Assembly: GCA_050298595.1 (NCBI GenBank)
Contig: JBNKUM010000022.1
Coordinates: 38,006-102,005, forward strand
Direction of reading: 5' to 3'
Length of the DNA stretch: 64,000 nucleotides
From: Gammaproteobacteria bacterium
GTDB lineage: Bacteria; Pseudomonadota; Gammaproteobacteria; GCA-001735895
This document shows, piece by piece, positions 29,158-39,893 of this stretch. A model generated the notes under the pieces. That model made no database searches. It was given only the letters and a program-made list of their open reading frames with translations, and had not been told where the DNA came from. The position numbers were made by a program, and so were the translations under genes. Position 1 is the stretch's first letter; the number at the start of each line of letters is the position of its first letter.

Positions 29158-31193
29158 TGTCTACGACTAAGCAGACTGGAAAAAATATGCACTGGGATTT
29201 ACGCCGTGACGAGAAGGGTATTTTGTGGATCACTCTTGATAAAAAAGACAGTAAAACCAACGCATTATCAACTGAAGTTCTGAATCAACTTGAGCATCAT
29301 CTTGATGAAATAGAGCAGGACATGCCGACCGCAGTTGTGTTTCGTTCAGGTAAATCGACCGGGTTTATCGCTGGTGCAGATGTGACTGAGTTTGTTCAGG
29401 TAAAAAATGTTGATGAAGCCCTGGCCATCATCCGTCGTGGTCAAAACACCTTTAATAGAATCGAAAGTTTAAACTGCCCAACAGTAGCGGTGATCGAGGG
29501 TTTCTGTATGGGTGGCGGTACTGAAATGATTCTTGCCTGTGATTACCGAATTGCACTAGATGACGCAACTACAAAGATTGGCTTACCTGAGGTAAAACTA
29601 GGTATTCATCCTGGCTTTGGAGGCATTGTACGCCTAACCCGTATCGTGAACCCTTTGCAGTCGCTGGAAATGATGCTTAGTGGTCGTGCACTCTCGCCCA
29701 GAGCAGCCAAAAAGATAGGACTGGTAGATATGGTTCAACCAGAGCGTGTATTGTTGACCGCCGCGACAAAACTGGCGATGTCTGCCCCGGAAACTCGAAA
29801 AATGCCTTTGCTGGGTAAGATGCTTTCATTACCACTGGTTCGTTCGGGGGTTAGCTGGATGATGAAACGGGAAGTTGCAAAAAAGGCTTCTATTAAACAC
29901 TACCCTGCCCCCTATGCACTGCTAGATGTATGGAGTAAATACTACGGTAAACCTGACATGATGGAGCAGGAAGCGCTATCGATATCACGGCTAATACGCG
30001 GAAATACGGTTAAAAACCTGATCAAGGTCTTTTTCATGCAAACCCGCTTAAAAGGCTTGGGTGATAAGAGTTTTTTTACGCCTAAACATATTCATGTTAT
30101 CGGTGCGGGGATTATGGGAGGAGATATTGCTGCCTGGTGTGCGCTAAAAGGATTCAAAGTAACATTACAGGAACGTGAGCCGAAATATCTGAGCAACGCA
30201 TTTGCACGGGCACATAAACTGTTTTCTCGTAAGCTTAAACTTCGCCACCAATATAATGCTGCAGTAGATCGTCTGATCCCCGATTGCGAAGGCTATGGAG
30301 TTGCGCATGCCGATGTCGTTATTGAAGCAATTTTCGAGAATACTGAAGCCAAGCAGGCAATTTATCGAGACATTGAGCCACGCATGAAGCCTGATGCCCT
30401 GCTAGCCACCAATACCTCAAGCATTCCGCTTGAAACACTGGCTTCGGTGCTGGATAAACCGGATCGACTGGTTGGCCTGCACTTCTTCAATCCTGTCGCG
30501 ATGATGCCTCTGGTAGAGATAGTCAAAACCGATACCACTCCAGAAGAAATTATCAAACAGGCGTCATCTTTTGCTCGTCATATCGGCAAACTACCCTTGC
30601 CTGTTAAAAGTTCTCCCGGTTTTCTGGTAAATCGAATCCTTCTACCTTACCTGATAGAGGCTGTCACCCTGTTTGATGAAGGTGTTAGCCCTGAGGCAAT
30701 CGATCAAGCTGCGCTGGATTTTGGCATGCCTATGGGCCCTGTTGAGCTGGCTGACACAGTGGGTCTGGATATCTGTCAATCGGTTGCAGAAAACCTTTCC
30801 GAGGCTTACGGCTTCCCACTGCCAGCCGTGTTGAAAGCCAGGATCGAAAAAGGCAATCTGGGTAAAAAAACCGGCTCGGGGTTTTACCATTATAAAAAAG
30901 GAAAACCGGTTAAAGACCGGGACACCGATATGGGCAATCAAAAGGAGATTCAGAACCGTCTTATATTCAGGTTATTGAATGAAGCCGCAGCCTGTTTACG
31001 TGAAGGTATTGTTGATGATAAGGAATTGCTCGATGCGGGGATTATTTTCGGAACAGGTTTTGCGCCCTTTACAGGAGGCCCGGTAAATTACTCCAGTGAT
31101 ATGGGTATTAATCATTTGCAGCAAACGATGAAGGTATATCAGGAACGTTTTGGTAACCGTTTTGAACCCGATGCAGGCTGGAATCAGTTTTAG
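29157..31193 (+). CDS. fadJ: Fatty acid oxidation complex alpha subunit (enoyl-CoA hydratase / 3-hydroxyacyl-CoA dehydrogenase)
   Basis: FIAGAD, GLPEVKLG, GAGIMG, TNTSS, GLHFFNPV, PGFLVNR; TAATG coupling to the thiolase. Confidence 0.9.
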   Translation: MSTTKQTGKNMHWDLRRDEKGILWITLDKKDSKTNALSTEVLNQLEHHLDEIEQDMPTAVVFRSGKSTGFIAGADVTEFVQVKNVDEALAIIRRGQNTFNRIESLNCPTVAVIEGFCMGGGTEMILACDYRIALDDATTKIGLPEVKLGIHPGFGGIVRLTRIVNPLQSLEMMLSGRALSPRAAKKIGLVDMVQPERVLLTAATKLAMSAPETRKMPLLGKMLSLPLVRSGVSWMMKREVAKKASIKHYPAPYALLDVWSKYYGKPDMMEQEALSISRLIRGNTVKNLIKVFFMQTRLKGLGDKSFFTPKHIHVIGAGIMGGDIAAWCALKGFKVTLQEREPKYLSNAFARAHKLFSRKLKLRHQYNAAVDRLIPDCEGYGVAHADVVIEAIFENTEAKQAIYRDIEPRMKPDALLATNTSSIPLETLASVLDKPDRLVGLHFFNPVAMMPLVEIVKTDTTPEEIIKQASSFARHIGKLPLPVKSSPGFLVNRILLPYLIEAVTLFDEGVSPEAIDQAALDFGMPMGPVELADTVGLDICQSVAENLSEAYGFPLPAVLKARIEKGNLGKKTGSGFYHYKKGKPVKDRDTDMGNQKEIQNRLIFRLLNEAAACLREGIVDDKELLDAGIIFGTGFAPFTGGPVNYSSDMGINHLQQTMKVYQERFGNRFEPDAGWNQF

Positions 31194-31224
31194 CTGAGCT
31201 GTTTACACAGCATAAACAGCTCAG
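31194..31224. terminator. Hairpin between convergent fadJ and trhP
   Basis: CTGAGCTGTTTA-7 nt-TAAACAGCTCAG perfect 12-bp stem. Confidence 0.65.
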
Positions 31225-32567
31225 GTATGGATAGGAGCCGGGATTTCCTTTAATAATAAGGCTCGGTTATCCAGCCCAGTGGTATCCAAAGGAATCTTAA
31301 CCACATGCCCCGAGCCAGGTGCAGCATCTCTGGGCTCTCCTTTTTCAGTTTGCATCGACTCAATAACAATACGTTTATTGCCAGCGGCACTCATAATCTC
31401 AACCACATCACCAACCGCAAAACGATTCTTTGCTTCTACAGTAATCGTGCCCTGCTCATGATCAACCTCAGTCACTTCACCCACAAACTGCTGTTTTTCA
31501 GCAACTGATGTACCCTGTTCATAGCTTTGGTATTCATCATGCACATGCCGACGATAAAAGCCTTCGGTATAACCTCGATTGGACAGTTTTTCCAGATCAT
31601 CCATAAGAGACATATCAAATTCCTCGCCAGCTAAAGCGCTATCGATTGCCTGTCGATAAACCTGAGTGGTACGGGCAACGTAGTAGTGAGACTTGGTGCG
31701 GCCTTCGATTTTTAATGAATCGACACCTATTTCGGTGAGCTTCCTGACATGTTGAACCGCGCGTAGATCTTTCGAATTCATGATGTAGGTACCATGCTCA
31801 TCCTCAAATGCAGGCATATATTCACCAGGGCGATTCTGTTCCTGCAACAGATACACCTGATCATTGGTGTCTCCTTCTCCCAGCGTTGGCTTATAGATAT
31901 TAACTTCAGGGTTTACAGCCTTATAGTCCCCCTCAGCCGTTTCTGTAGCTTCATGCGCGTCGTACTTCCATCGGCATGAGTTAGTGCAGGTGCCCTGATT
32001 GGGATCACGATGGTTGGCATAGCCCGATAACAGGCAACGTCCTGAATACGCAATACAAAGTGCACCATGCACGAAAACCTCAAGCTCGATATCTGGACAT
32101 TGCTGGCGTATCTCTTCCACTTCTTCCAGCGATAGCTCGCGTGACAGAATAACTCTGGAAATACCTGCTGACTGCCAGAAACGCACCGCTGCATAATTAA
32201 CCGCGTTAGCCTGTACCGAAAGATGAATCTCCGTATCAGGCCAGCGCTCTTTCACCATCATGATTAACCCTGGATCAGCCATGATCAGAGCATCCGGCTT
32301 CATAGCAATAACAGGCTCTATATCTTTCATATAGGTATTTATCTTGCTGTTATGGGGCAGGATATTACTGGCTACAAAAAAGCGTGTATCGTGCTGGTGT
32401 GCGTACTCTATACCTTTGCCCAGGGTTTCCAGGTCAAAATCATTATTCCTTACACGCAGGCTATAGCGCGGTTGGCCCGCATATACTGCATCCGCTCCAT
32501 AAGCAATGGCATACTGGAGATTTTTGTAGTTGCCAGCTGGGGCCAGTAGTTCTACTGAACGAGTCAT
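31221..32567 (-). CDS. trhP: U32-family tRNA 5-hydroxyuridine modification protein
   Basis: ELLAPAG, YGADAVYAGQPRYSLR, HGALCIAYSGRCLLS, CTNSCR, SLKIEGR. Confidence 0.9.
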   Translation of the reverse strand: MTRSVELLAPAGNYKNLQYAIAYGADAVYAGQPRYSLRVRNNDFDLETLGKGIEYAHQHDTRFFVASNILPHNSKINTYMKDIEPVIAMKPDALIMADPGLIMMVKERWPDTEIHLSVQANAVNYAAVRFWQSAGISRVILSRELSLEEVEEIRQQCPDIELEVFVHGALCIAYSGRCLLSGYANHRDPNQGTCTNSCRWKYDAHEATETAEGDYKAVNPEVNIYKPTLGEGDTNDQVYLLQEQNRPGEYMPAFEDEHGTYIMNSKDLRAVQHVRKLTEIGVDSLKIEGRTKSHYYVARTTQVYRQAIDSALAGEEFDMSLMDDLEKLSNRGYTEGFYRRHVHDEYQSYEQGTSVAEKQQFVGEVTEVDHEQGTITVEAKNRFAVGDVVEIMSAAGNKRIVIESMQTEKGEPRDAAPGSGHVVKIPLDTTGLDNRALLLKEIPAPIHT

Positions 32568-33331
32568 AGGGAAAAAAGCCTGTGTGCGTTGTGTCTGGTT
32601 AGAGTAGCTATAGTTTGAATATCTGTGTGTCTGATTTCGGCCAGTTTCGCCGCCACCAGGCTGACATGAGCCGGATGATTGGTTTTACCTCTATAAGGCA
32701 CTGGTGCCAGCCAGGGGGCATCGGTTTCTATCAATAATCGATCATCAGGGATTTTGACCGCCATTTCGCGCACATTTTCTGCCTGTTTGAAGGTGACTAT
32801 ACCGGAGATGGAGATATAAAATCCCATATCAATAGCCTGACTCGCCATATCCCAGTCTTCGGTAAAACAATGTAGAACACCACCAACCTGTTCAGCATGA
32901 TGTTCTCTTAATATGCCAAGCGTATCCTGCTTGGCCTGACGTGTATGAATGACCAGAGGTTTTTTGCATTCAATGGCGGCATCAATATGTACGCGAAAGC
33001 GATTCCGCTGCCACTCGGGCCCTTCGGTGTGATAGTAATCAAGACCAGTCTCCCCAATAGCGACAATCTTGTCTTTCTGGGCCAGTTGTACCAGTTGTGC
33101 TACGGACGGCTCGCTGGCATCTTCATGATCCGGGTGAACCCCCACCGTGGCATATACGCCATCCTTGTCCAGAATCCTGGCATACATAGCATCAAAGTCT
33201 TCCAGGTTAACGCTGATGCATACCATTTCATCAACCTGACTGTCTTTAGCGGCAGCCAGAATATTATCTAAATTATTGTCGAACTCAGCCAGATCGATAC
33301 GATCCAGATGACAGTGGGAGTCAAAAAACAT
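32564..33331 (-). CDS. TatD-family DNase (YcfH-like)
   Basis: DSHCH, GVHP, AIGETGLD, HCF, LIETDAP. Confidence 0.92.
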   Translation of the reverse strand: MFFDSHCHLDRIDLAEFDNNLDNILAAAKDSQVDEMVCISVNLEDFDAMYARILDKDGVYATVGVHPDHEDASEPSVAQLVQLAQKDKIVAIGETGLDYYHTEGPEWQRNRFRVHIDAAIECKKPLVIHTRQAKQDTLGILREHHAEQVGGVLHCFTEDWDMASQAIDMGFYISISGIVTFKQAENVREMAVKIPDDRLLIETDAPWLAPVPYRGKTNHPAHVSLVAAKLAEIRHTDIQTIATLTRHNAHRLFSL

Positions 33332-33384
33332 GCAGGTATGGAGAAGTGAATAAGCGCCTAGTATATCAGGCTTTTAAGGATTAA

Positions 33385-33729
33385 TTACATGGTGTGGGTA
33401 GGTCTATCAGCCTGTAACGCGCCAGCCAGGTAGCCTTCGATTTTATGGCGCGTAGTGCCATTATCCTGACTACTGAATTGAACTCCAATGCCTGCAGCTT
33501 TATTACTTTGTGCACCCTGAGGGGTCACCCAGATAATCTTACCCGCAACGGGTAGACGTTCTTTGTCTTCCATCAGAGTTAACAGCATGAAAACCTCATC
33601 ACCCAGGTTATATTTTTTATTGGTTGGAATAAATAGACCACCATTTTTTACGTATGGCATATACGCCGCATAAAGCGCACTTTTATCTTTGATATTGAGT
33701 GATAAGATTCCCTGGCTAGGAGCGGCCAT
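33385..33729 (-). CDS. pilZ: Type IV pilus assembly protein PilZ
   Basis: GILSLNIKDKSALYAAYMPYVKNGGLFIPT...PTHTM; usual position after holB. Confidence 0.93.
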   Translation of the reverse strand: MAAPSQGILSLNIKDKSALYAAYMPYVKNGGLFIPTNKKYNLGDEVFMLLTLMEDKERLPVAGKIIWVTPQGAQSNKAAGIGVQFSSQDNGTTRHKIEGYLAGALQADRPTHTM

Positions 33730-33732
33730 TGT

Positions 33733-34731
33733 TTAACCTCTGGTTACAGTCTGTTTCATGGATATTAGCACGTCTTCCAGCTGTAGTAGAAGATTCAGGT
33801 TGTTATCTTCAACATGAAGGACCCAATCTGCCTTTCGTATTAAATCTAGCAGCTCAATAATTTTTAATTTGATACTTTGGGTTAACCCCGTTTCGAGTTG
33901 TTGATGAACAAAACGCATCAATTCATTCTTCACAATATTTCTTACCGTGTTTGCATCCAGGGATTTCAGGCTATTCACCAGAGTACTGGCATCCATCTGG
34001 TTCTGAAAATAACGCTGAAGTAGTTGACTGAATTCCTGATAATCCTGATAAAAATTCTGTTGCGACATCTCTAATGCGAGTTGAGCATCATCGCCTGCAA
34101 GCCGTAAATATTCAGCGCTCAGGTTTTGATCAAGTCCCTGAGTGTTTAGCCACTGCAAAGACTGGGCCTGGTCCGGACTATTGACCACCCATTTCTGACA
34201 TCGGCTGCGGATAGTAATGGGTAAGCGACTGCTGTGGTGGCTGATCAGGATCAGTGTCGATTTATCACTGGGTTCCTCCAGTGTTTTTAACAGGCTATTG
34301 GCTGCCGACTGGTTCATTTTTTCAGCCGGATAGATCAGCGCATACTTGCCTGCATTCAGGGTATTAGTGAGCGAGATTTGATGGATCAGCCGACGAACTT
34401 GTTCGATCTTGATATCCTTATTCGGCTTATGGGTTTTCTCGTTTTCCTGCAAGGTGGTATAGGTGAAATCAGGATAGTTGTTAGCGCGCATCAAGCTACA
34501 GGGTTTACATTCGCCGCAGGGAGGCTTCGCATCCGTAGATTCACACAGTAAGGCCGTGACCAGATACCAGGCAAAGCTAATGCTATCAACCGATGTCTGC
34601 AACTCTATGAGTAAACCATGCGGTAGTTTGTTAGTTCTTTTAAGTGCTACTAACTGGTCTACCAATGGTTGCTGCCAGGGTAAAATCGAGGCTTTAATCA
34701 GGTCTGTGCTTGGGGTTTCAACTTTGGCCAT
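33733..34731 (-). CDS. holB: DNA polymerase III delta' subunit
   Basis: PWQ, CGECKPC, AANSLLKTLEEP, TIRSRC; tmk-holB-pilZ synteny. Confidence 0.9.
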   Translation of the reverse strand: MAKVETPSTDLIKASILPWQQPLVDQLVALKRTNKLPHGLLIELQTSVDSISFAWYLVTALLCESTDAKPPCGECKPCSLMRANNYPDFTYTTLQENEKTHKPNKDIKIEQVRRLIHQISLTNTLNAGKYALIYPAEKMNQSAANSLLKTLEEPSDKSTLILISHHSSRLPITIRSRCQKWVVNSPDQAQSLQWLNTQGLDQNLSAEYLRLAGDDAQLALEMSQQNFYQDYQEFSQLLQRYFQNQMDASTLVNSLKSLDANTVRNIVKNELMRFVHQQLETGLTQSIKLKIIELLDLIRKADWVLHVEDNNLNLLLQLEDVLISMKQTVTRG

Positions 34732-34738
34732 TGGTTAA

Positions 34739-35392
34739 CTACTGGCTGGCGGCCAGCTGTAATTCAAATCTTTGATTCATGATTGAGATAATTTGCTCAT
34801 TCACCTGTTGTATGCTGCCTGAGGCATCGATCAATTGGTATAGCTGTGGATCAGATGCTGCAATGCTACGAAAGGCTGAACGTACCTTCTGGTGGTATTC
34901 ATTACCCTTTTTCTCAAATCGGTCTTCACCTGTTCCACGGGCTTCAGCGCGGGCTAGAGCAACCTTTTCATCTATATCCAGAATAAATACCAGATCTGGT
35001 TTAAAGTCTCCGATGGTAAGTTTATGTAATTTCTCAACACAATCCAGGCCAAGTTCACCGGCTATACCCTGAAATGCACGACTCGAATCAGCAAAGCGGT
35101 CACTGATGATCCAGCTACCCTGCTCCAGTGCAGGCAGGATAGTGTCACGCAAATGCGCGCGCCTGGCTGCATACATCAGCAATAATTCGGTCATGCTATC
35201 CCATTTATCAGGGTCGCCATTAACCAGTAAATTACGGATATCTTCCGCCGCGGGAGACCCACCTGGTTCACGAGTGAGTATGCAATTTAGTCCTTGCGCT
35301 AATATCGCCTGATGCAGTCGCCGTGTTTGTTCACCCTTGCCCGAGCCATCGACGCCATCAATAACAATCATTTTATTATTCGTTTGAACCAT
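34739..35392 (-). CDS. tmk: Thymidylate kinase
   Basis: DGVDGSGK, TREPGG, SDRF, DRFE. Confidence 0.95.
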   Translation of the reverse strand: MVQTNNKMIVIDGVDGSGKGEQTRRLHQAILAQGLNCILTREPGGSPAAEDIRNLLVNGDPDKWDSMTELLLMYAARRAHLRDTILPALEQGSWIISDRFADSSRAFQGIAGELGLDCVEKLHKLTIGDFKPDLVFILDIDEKVALARAEARGTGEDRFEKKGNEYHQKVRSAFRSIAASDPQLYQLIDASGSIQQVNEQIISIMNQRFELQLAASQ

Positions 35393-35399
35393 CTACTGA

Positions 35400-36437
35400 C
35401 TATCCTGATTGAGGGGTACGTTTGGGTTTTCTGCCTTTCAGCTGATACTTGCTGACGGCTTCGTTGTGTTCTTCAAGAGTACGCGAAAATTTATGGGTGC
35501 CATCCCCTTTGGAGACAAAATATAGCGCATCTGAATCTGCAGGATGTAAAGCAGCCCGGATTGCATCAATTCCGGGTAATGCTATGGGTGTAGGCGTCAG
35601 TCCTTTATGTAGATAGGTGTTGTAAGGCGTATCCTTTTTTAAATCATCATACCGAATATTACCGTCGAAACCCTCACCCAGACCATAAATAATGGTTGGA
35701 TCGGTTTGTAATCGCATACCCTTTTTCAATCGTTGAATAAAAGCGGCAGCTATTAAAGGTCTTTCGAAAGCGGCACCGGTTTCCTTTTCGATGATTGAAG
35801 CGAGTATCAGAGCTTCATAGGGGGATTTTAATGGCAGATTGCTATCGCGTCTGGCCCATTCCTCAGACAGCTTCTGCTGCATGGTGTTGTATGCTCTTTT
35901 GAGAAAGTCAAGATCGGTTGTGCCTCGTGGAAAATGATAAGTATCGGGCAAAAAACAGCCTTCTGGATTTTCATCGGCCTGGCTGATTTGTGCCATGATT
36001 TCGGAGATATTATTATTTAGTGTCTGTTCCAGTACCGTATCTTTTTGAATAGCCTGCAGAAGTTGCTTAAAAGTCCAACCCTCAATAATCGTAAAGCTAT
36101 ATAAAATTGAATTACCACGCGTAAAAAGCTCGATTAAATCAGCCGGTGTATGGCTTGATTTTATCAAATATTCTCCCGCTTTAGCCGAAGTCTCTTTACC
36201 TTCAAACTTGGCTAGAGCGATAAACATGACCGGGTCTTCTATATATCCCGCATCGGATAATTTTTGAGCAACCTGGCGTATGCTATTTCCTGGTTTGATA
36301 AGAAACTCGGCGGAATCTTGCTGCATGTTGATTGGCGAGTTACGAAACTGATTAAATTGATACCCCAGATACAACGAAGCCACAATGACAAGCAAAATAC
36401 CCAGGTAAACTATCTGTTTAATTGCTTTGAATGCCAT
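35400..36437 (-). CDS. mltG: Endolytic transglycosylase MltG
   Basis: ASIIEKET, LQTDPT, PYNTY, GLTPTPI, LYFVS. Confidence 0.95.
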   Translation of the reverse strand: MAFKAIKQIVYLGILLVIVASLYLGYQFNQFRNSPINMQQDSAEFLIKPGNSIRQVAQKLSDAGYIEDPVMFIALAKFEGKETSAKAGEYLIKSSHTPADLIELFTRGNSILYSFTIIEGWTFKQLLQAIQKDTVLEQTLNNNISEIMAQISQADENPEGCFLPDTYHFPRGTTDLDFLKRAYNTMQQKLSEEWARRDSNLPLKSPYEALILASIIEKETGAAFERPLIAAAFIQRLKKGMRLQTDPTIIYGLGEGFDGNIRYDDLKKDTPYNTYLHKGLTPTPIALPGIDAIRAALHPADSDALYFVSKGDGTHKFSRTLEEHNEAVSKYQLKGRKPKRTPQSG

Positions 36438-37237
36438 GAAATTCCTGTTGTAACGATTGGGTAATAGGGCCTAGTGGAAAATGCATATCTTCAACCTGAA
36501 TCAGTTCACGTATACCCTGCACACTGTTGGTTAAAAAACATTCATCTGCCGATAAGATAGCCTGTCGGGAGTAGCTTTCAATTTTAACTGAATTATCCCA
36601 TTGTTCGAGCTTTTTTATTACTTGCTGACGCATAATTCCATCCACACCACTTAACGATAGATCAGGCGTTGAGACGGTATTGTTTTTTACGATAAATGAG
36701 GTTGCTGACTATAGACTCGACAACCGATGCCGAATCGTCGCATAACAACGCTTCATTATAGGACGATCTATGCTTCAGTTCTTCTGTAGCCAGAACATAG
36801 TGTAGGCGGTTTAAGTGCTTAATACCCGCCAGGGTACGACTTTTTGGTAATGTGATTTCTGAGATACATGCTCTAATATGCTGAAATACAGGAGAATTAT
36901 TATATTTATAATGAAGCAGATAGATACTAGGTTTTTGTGATTCTGGCATTTGCAAGCCCCTGCCCCCCGAAACTAGAGTAACAATCATTTTAAGAATCAA
37001 GTCCTGATTGAGCTGAAAGTAAGGCTGCAAATTCCGCTCAAACCATTGTGCTGGAGGATAGTTTATTTTCAATCTTTTACAGCCTGAACTAAGATGTGAA
37101 TAATGCTGCTGCCAGTATTTAATGAATCCCTGCTGCAGTCTCAAAGTTTCAAAAAGGCCATCACTATAGTGTAAACCGCGATCAGTAAGATCGGGATGAG
37201 ATACGGGGTCCAGATCACTGATCAGCTTGAAGCGCAT
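36418..37237 (-). pseudogene. pabC: Aminodeoxychorismate lyase, frameshifted
   Basis: DRGL.Y.DGLFET and KHLNRL in the first ORF; removing one base near 36697 restores NLFIVKNNTVSTPDLSLSGVDGIMRQ and joins the second ORF (ADECFLTNS). Confidence 0.85.
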
Positions 37238-37417
37238 TCAACATACCTCTAGCCTTGTATCGGGTTTCATTGAGTTCTTTTTCAGTATTTGAGTCGTGAA
37301 CGATTCCAGCTCCAGCTCTAAAACTTTGGATGCAATTAGATAAGGGTAGATATCAGGTTTTAGCCTATGCAAAGCCAGAAGATCAGGAACTTCGTTTATC
37401 TTCTGGCGATGAAACAC
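37215..37417 (-). pseudogene. pabB: Aminodeoxychorismate synthase component I, internally deleted
   Basis: N-terminus (PDLLALHRLKPDIYPYL) joined out of frame, near 37325-37330, to the chorismate-binding C-terminus FRAGAGIVHDSNTEKELNETRYKARGMLNAL; sits between fabF and pabC. Confidence 0.85.
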
Positions 37418-37430
37418 GGTCAGAAAGGGG

Positions 37431-38669
37431 TTATATCGCCTTGAATAGCAGGGTTCCGTTAGTACCGCCAAAACCAAATGAATTTGATAGCGTTACAGTC
37501 AATTTAGTGTCACGAGCAGTATTTGCACAGTAATCCAGATCGCATTCAGGATCCTGATTATCAAGATTTATGGTTGGAGGGATAACCTGGTCACGCAGTG
37601 CAAGTATCGCAAATATTGCTTCGATTCCTCCAGCTGCACCGAGTAAATGTCCTGTCATTGATTTGGTAGAGCTTACTACGACCTTTTTGGCATGATCACC
37701 CATGGCTACTTTTACCGCCATAGTCTCTGCCTTATCACCCGCAGGTGTTGAGGTGCCGTGAGCGTTGATATAGCCCACATCTTCCTTGTTTAAACCGGCA
37801 TCTTTCAAAGCATTGTTCATACAACGTGCAGGACCTTCTCCACTTGGCGAAGGCTGGGTCATATGATAGGCGTCACCACTCATACCATAACCGGCAAGTT
37901 CACAGTAAATTTTCGCACCGCGTTTTTTGGCGTGCTCGTATTCTTCAACGACAACCACACCAGCACCATCACCCAGAACAAAACCATCACGATCTCTATC
38001 CCAGGGGCGACTGGCTGCTTCTGGATCATCATTGCGTGTTGATAAAGCTCTTGCTGCAGCAAATCCACCAATACCTAAAGGTGAAGTAGCCATTTCAGCA
38101 CCGCCAGCTAGCATTACATCTGCATCACCATAGGCAATCATTCGTGCCGCATCACCAATATTATGTGCACCTGTGGTACAGGCACTGACGATGGAAATGT
38201 TTGGCCCTTTGAGCCCTTTCATAATAGAAAGATTACCAGAGACCATATTGATGATAGAGCTAGGAACAAAGAAAGGAGAGATCTTACGTGCACCACCAGC
38301 AACAAACTGATCACGATTACGTTCGATGCCCGGTAGTCCGCCTATGCCAGATCCAATTGCCACGCCTATACGTTCAGCATTCTCTTCAGTTACTACCAGA
38401 CCAGAATCTTCCAATGCCTGAATGCCTGCAGCAATGCCATAATGAATAAAAGGATCCATCTTTTTGAGGTCCTTAGCTGCTATATACTGTGTTGCATCGA
38501 AATCTTTGATCGATGCAGAGATTCTTACAGGGAAGTTAGTAGTATCAAATGTAGTAATTGATCCGACACCGCTTTTTCCGGCAACGATATTTTTCCATGA
38601 CTCTTCAACTGTATTGCCAACAGGAGTTAGCATTCCTAAACCAGTAACTACAATGCGGCGCTTAGACAA
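37431..38669 (-). CDS. fabF: Beta-ketoacyl-ACP synthase II
   Basis: [38 protein letters not shown]. Confidence 0.97.
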   Translation of the reverse strand: MSKRRIVVTGLGMLTPVGNTVEESWKNIVAGKSGVGSITTFDTTNFPVRISASIKDFDATQYIAAKDLKKMDPFIHYGIAAGIQALEDSGLVVTEENAERIGVAIGSGIGGLPGIERNRDQFVAGGARKISPFFVPSSIINMVSGNLSIMKGLKGPNISIVSACTTGAHNIGDAARMIAYGDADVMLAGGAEMATSPLGIGGFAAARALSTRNDDPEAASRPWDRDRDGFVLGDGAGVVVVEEYEHAKKRGAKIYCELAGYGMSGDAYHMTQPSPSGEGPARCMNNALKDAGLNKEDVGYINAHGTSTPAGDKAETMAVKVAMGDHAKKVVVSSTKSMTGHLLGAAGGIEAIFAILALRDQVIPPTINLDNQDPECDLDYCANTARDTKLTVTLSNSFGFGGTNGTLLFKAI

Positions 38670-38708
38670 TGGAAATAACCTCTATCTGGATAAGCTAGTA
38701 TTTGCATT

Positions 38709-38748
38709 AAAAAAATGCCACTAAACATCGGGAAATGCTTAGCGGCAT
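38709..38748 (-). terminator. Rho-independent terminator after acpP
   Basis: Minus strand ATGCCGCTAAGCAT...ATGTTTAGTGGCAT followed by a T-tract. Confidence 0.7.
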
Positions 38749-38766
38749 CTAGGAAAACCAGGACTG

Positions 38767-39000
38767 TTACAAATGATTATTGATGTAATCAATTGCCAGT
38801 TGAACAGTTGTGATCTTTTCAGCTTCTTCATCAGGAATTTCAGTTTCGAACTCCTCTTCAAGAGCCATAACCAGTTCAACGGTATCAAGTGAGTCTGCAC
38901 CCAGGTCATCAACAAATGAAGCACTATTCGTAACTTCTTCTTCTTTAGCACCTAGTTGCTCAGCAACTATTTTTTTAACGCGTTCTTCAACAGAGCTCAT
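38767..39000 (-). CDS. acpP: Acyl carrier protein
   Basis: [12 protein letters not shown]...[14 protein letters not shown]; start corrected to 39000 (RBS AGGAG). Confidence 0.97.
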   Translation of the reverse strand: MSSVEERVKKIVAEQLGAKEEEVTNSASFVDDLGADSLDTVELVMALEEEFETEIPDEEAEKITTVQLAIDYINNHL

Positions 39001-39148
39001 TATTCGAGTTTCTCCTAAAAATAAAATCGATCGGCATGATTGAGAGGCGTATTGTATTGAAAACCAACTCAGCATGCCACCATTATTCAAAAATTTAATT
39101 TATTCTGATAATTCAATAAGTTACATAAGAAACTTAAAGCAAAATGTA

Positions 39149-39889
39149 TTATGACATATACATGCCGCCATTCACATGAATGGTTTCTCCAGTGATATAT
39201 CCAGCAGCGGGGGACGCAAGGAACACGACTGTAGCTGCAATTTCTTCTGCACTACCAAGGCGACCTAATGGTATCTGAGTTAATAGAGAATCTTTTTGAT
39301 TTTGATCAAGTTCACGCGTCATATCCGTGTCAATAAAGCCGGGAGCTACTGCATTTACCGTGATATTTCGTGAACCGATCTCTCGAGCAAGAGATTTACT
39401 GAAACCAACTATGCCAGCTTTTGCTGCTGCATAATTAGTTTGACCGGGATTTCCAGAAGCGCCAACTACAGAAGAAATACTGATAATTCGACCATTCCTC
39501 TTTTTCATCATTCCCCTTACAACGGCTTTGGACATGCGAAAAATTGAAGTCAAATTTGTATTAATGATGTCATCCCATTGATCATCTTTCATCGCCATTA
39601 ACAGGGTATCTTTAGTAATTCCAGCATTATTCACCAGTATGTCAGGTGCACCAAAGTCAGTACCTATCTGTTTCACACAATGAATAACGGATTCAGCGTT
39701 TGTAACATCCAGAACCATACCCTGCCCTTTGATACCAGCATCCTTAAGATATGCTGTAATTTTTTCAGCACCACTCTCGCTGGTAGCCGTACCTATCACT
39801 ATTGCACCGGCAGCGCCAAGGCCTTTAGCTATCGCCTGCCCAATACCTCGACTGGCTCCGGTTACGAGCGCGATTTGATTTTCTAGCAT
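39149..39889 (-). CDS. fabG: 3-oxoacyl-ACP reductase
   Basis: TGASRGIG, NNAGIT, YAAAKAG, VNGGMYM. Confidence 0.97.
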   Translation of the reverse strand: MLENQIALVTGASRGIGQAIAKGLGAAGAIVIGTATSESGAEKITAYLKDAGIKGQGMVLDVTNAESVIHCVKQIGTDFGAPDILVNNAGITKDTLLMAMKDDQWDDIINTNLTSIFRMSKAVVRGMMKKRNGRIISISSVVGASGNPGQTNYAAAKAGIVGFSKSLAREIGSRNITVNAVAPGFIDTDMTRELDQNQKDSLLTQIPLGRLGSAEEIAATVVFLASPAAGYITGETIHVNGGMYMS

Positions 39890-39893
39890 TTAT

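Noticed and set aside
37238-37477. 79-aa ORF from the track as a novel small protein
   Set aside because: It is the pabB N-terminus read on out of frame across the deletion junction
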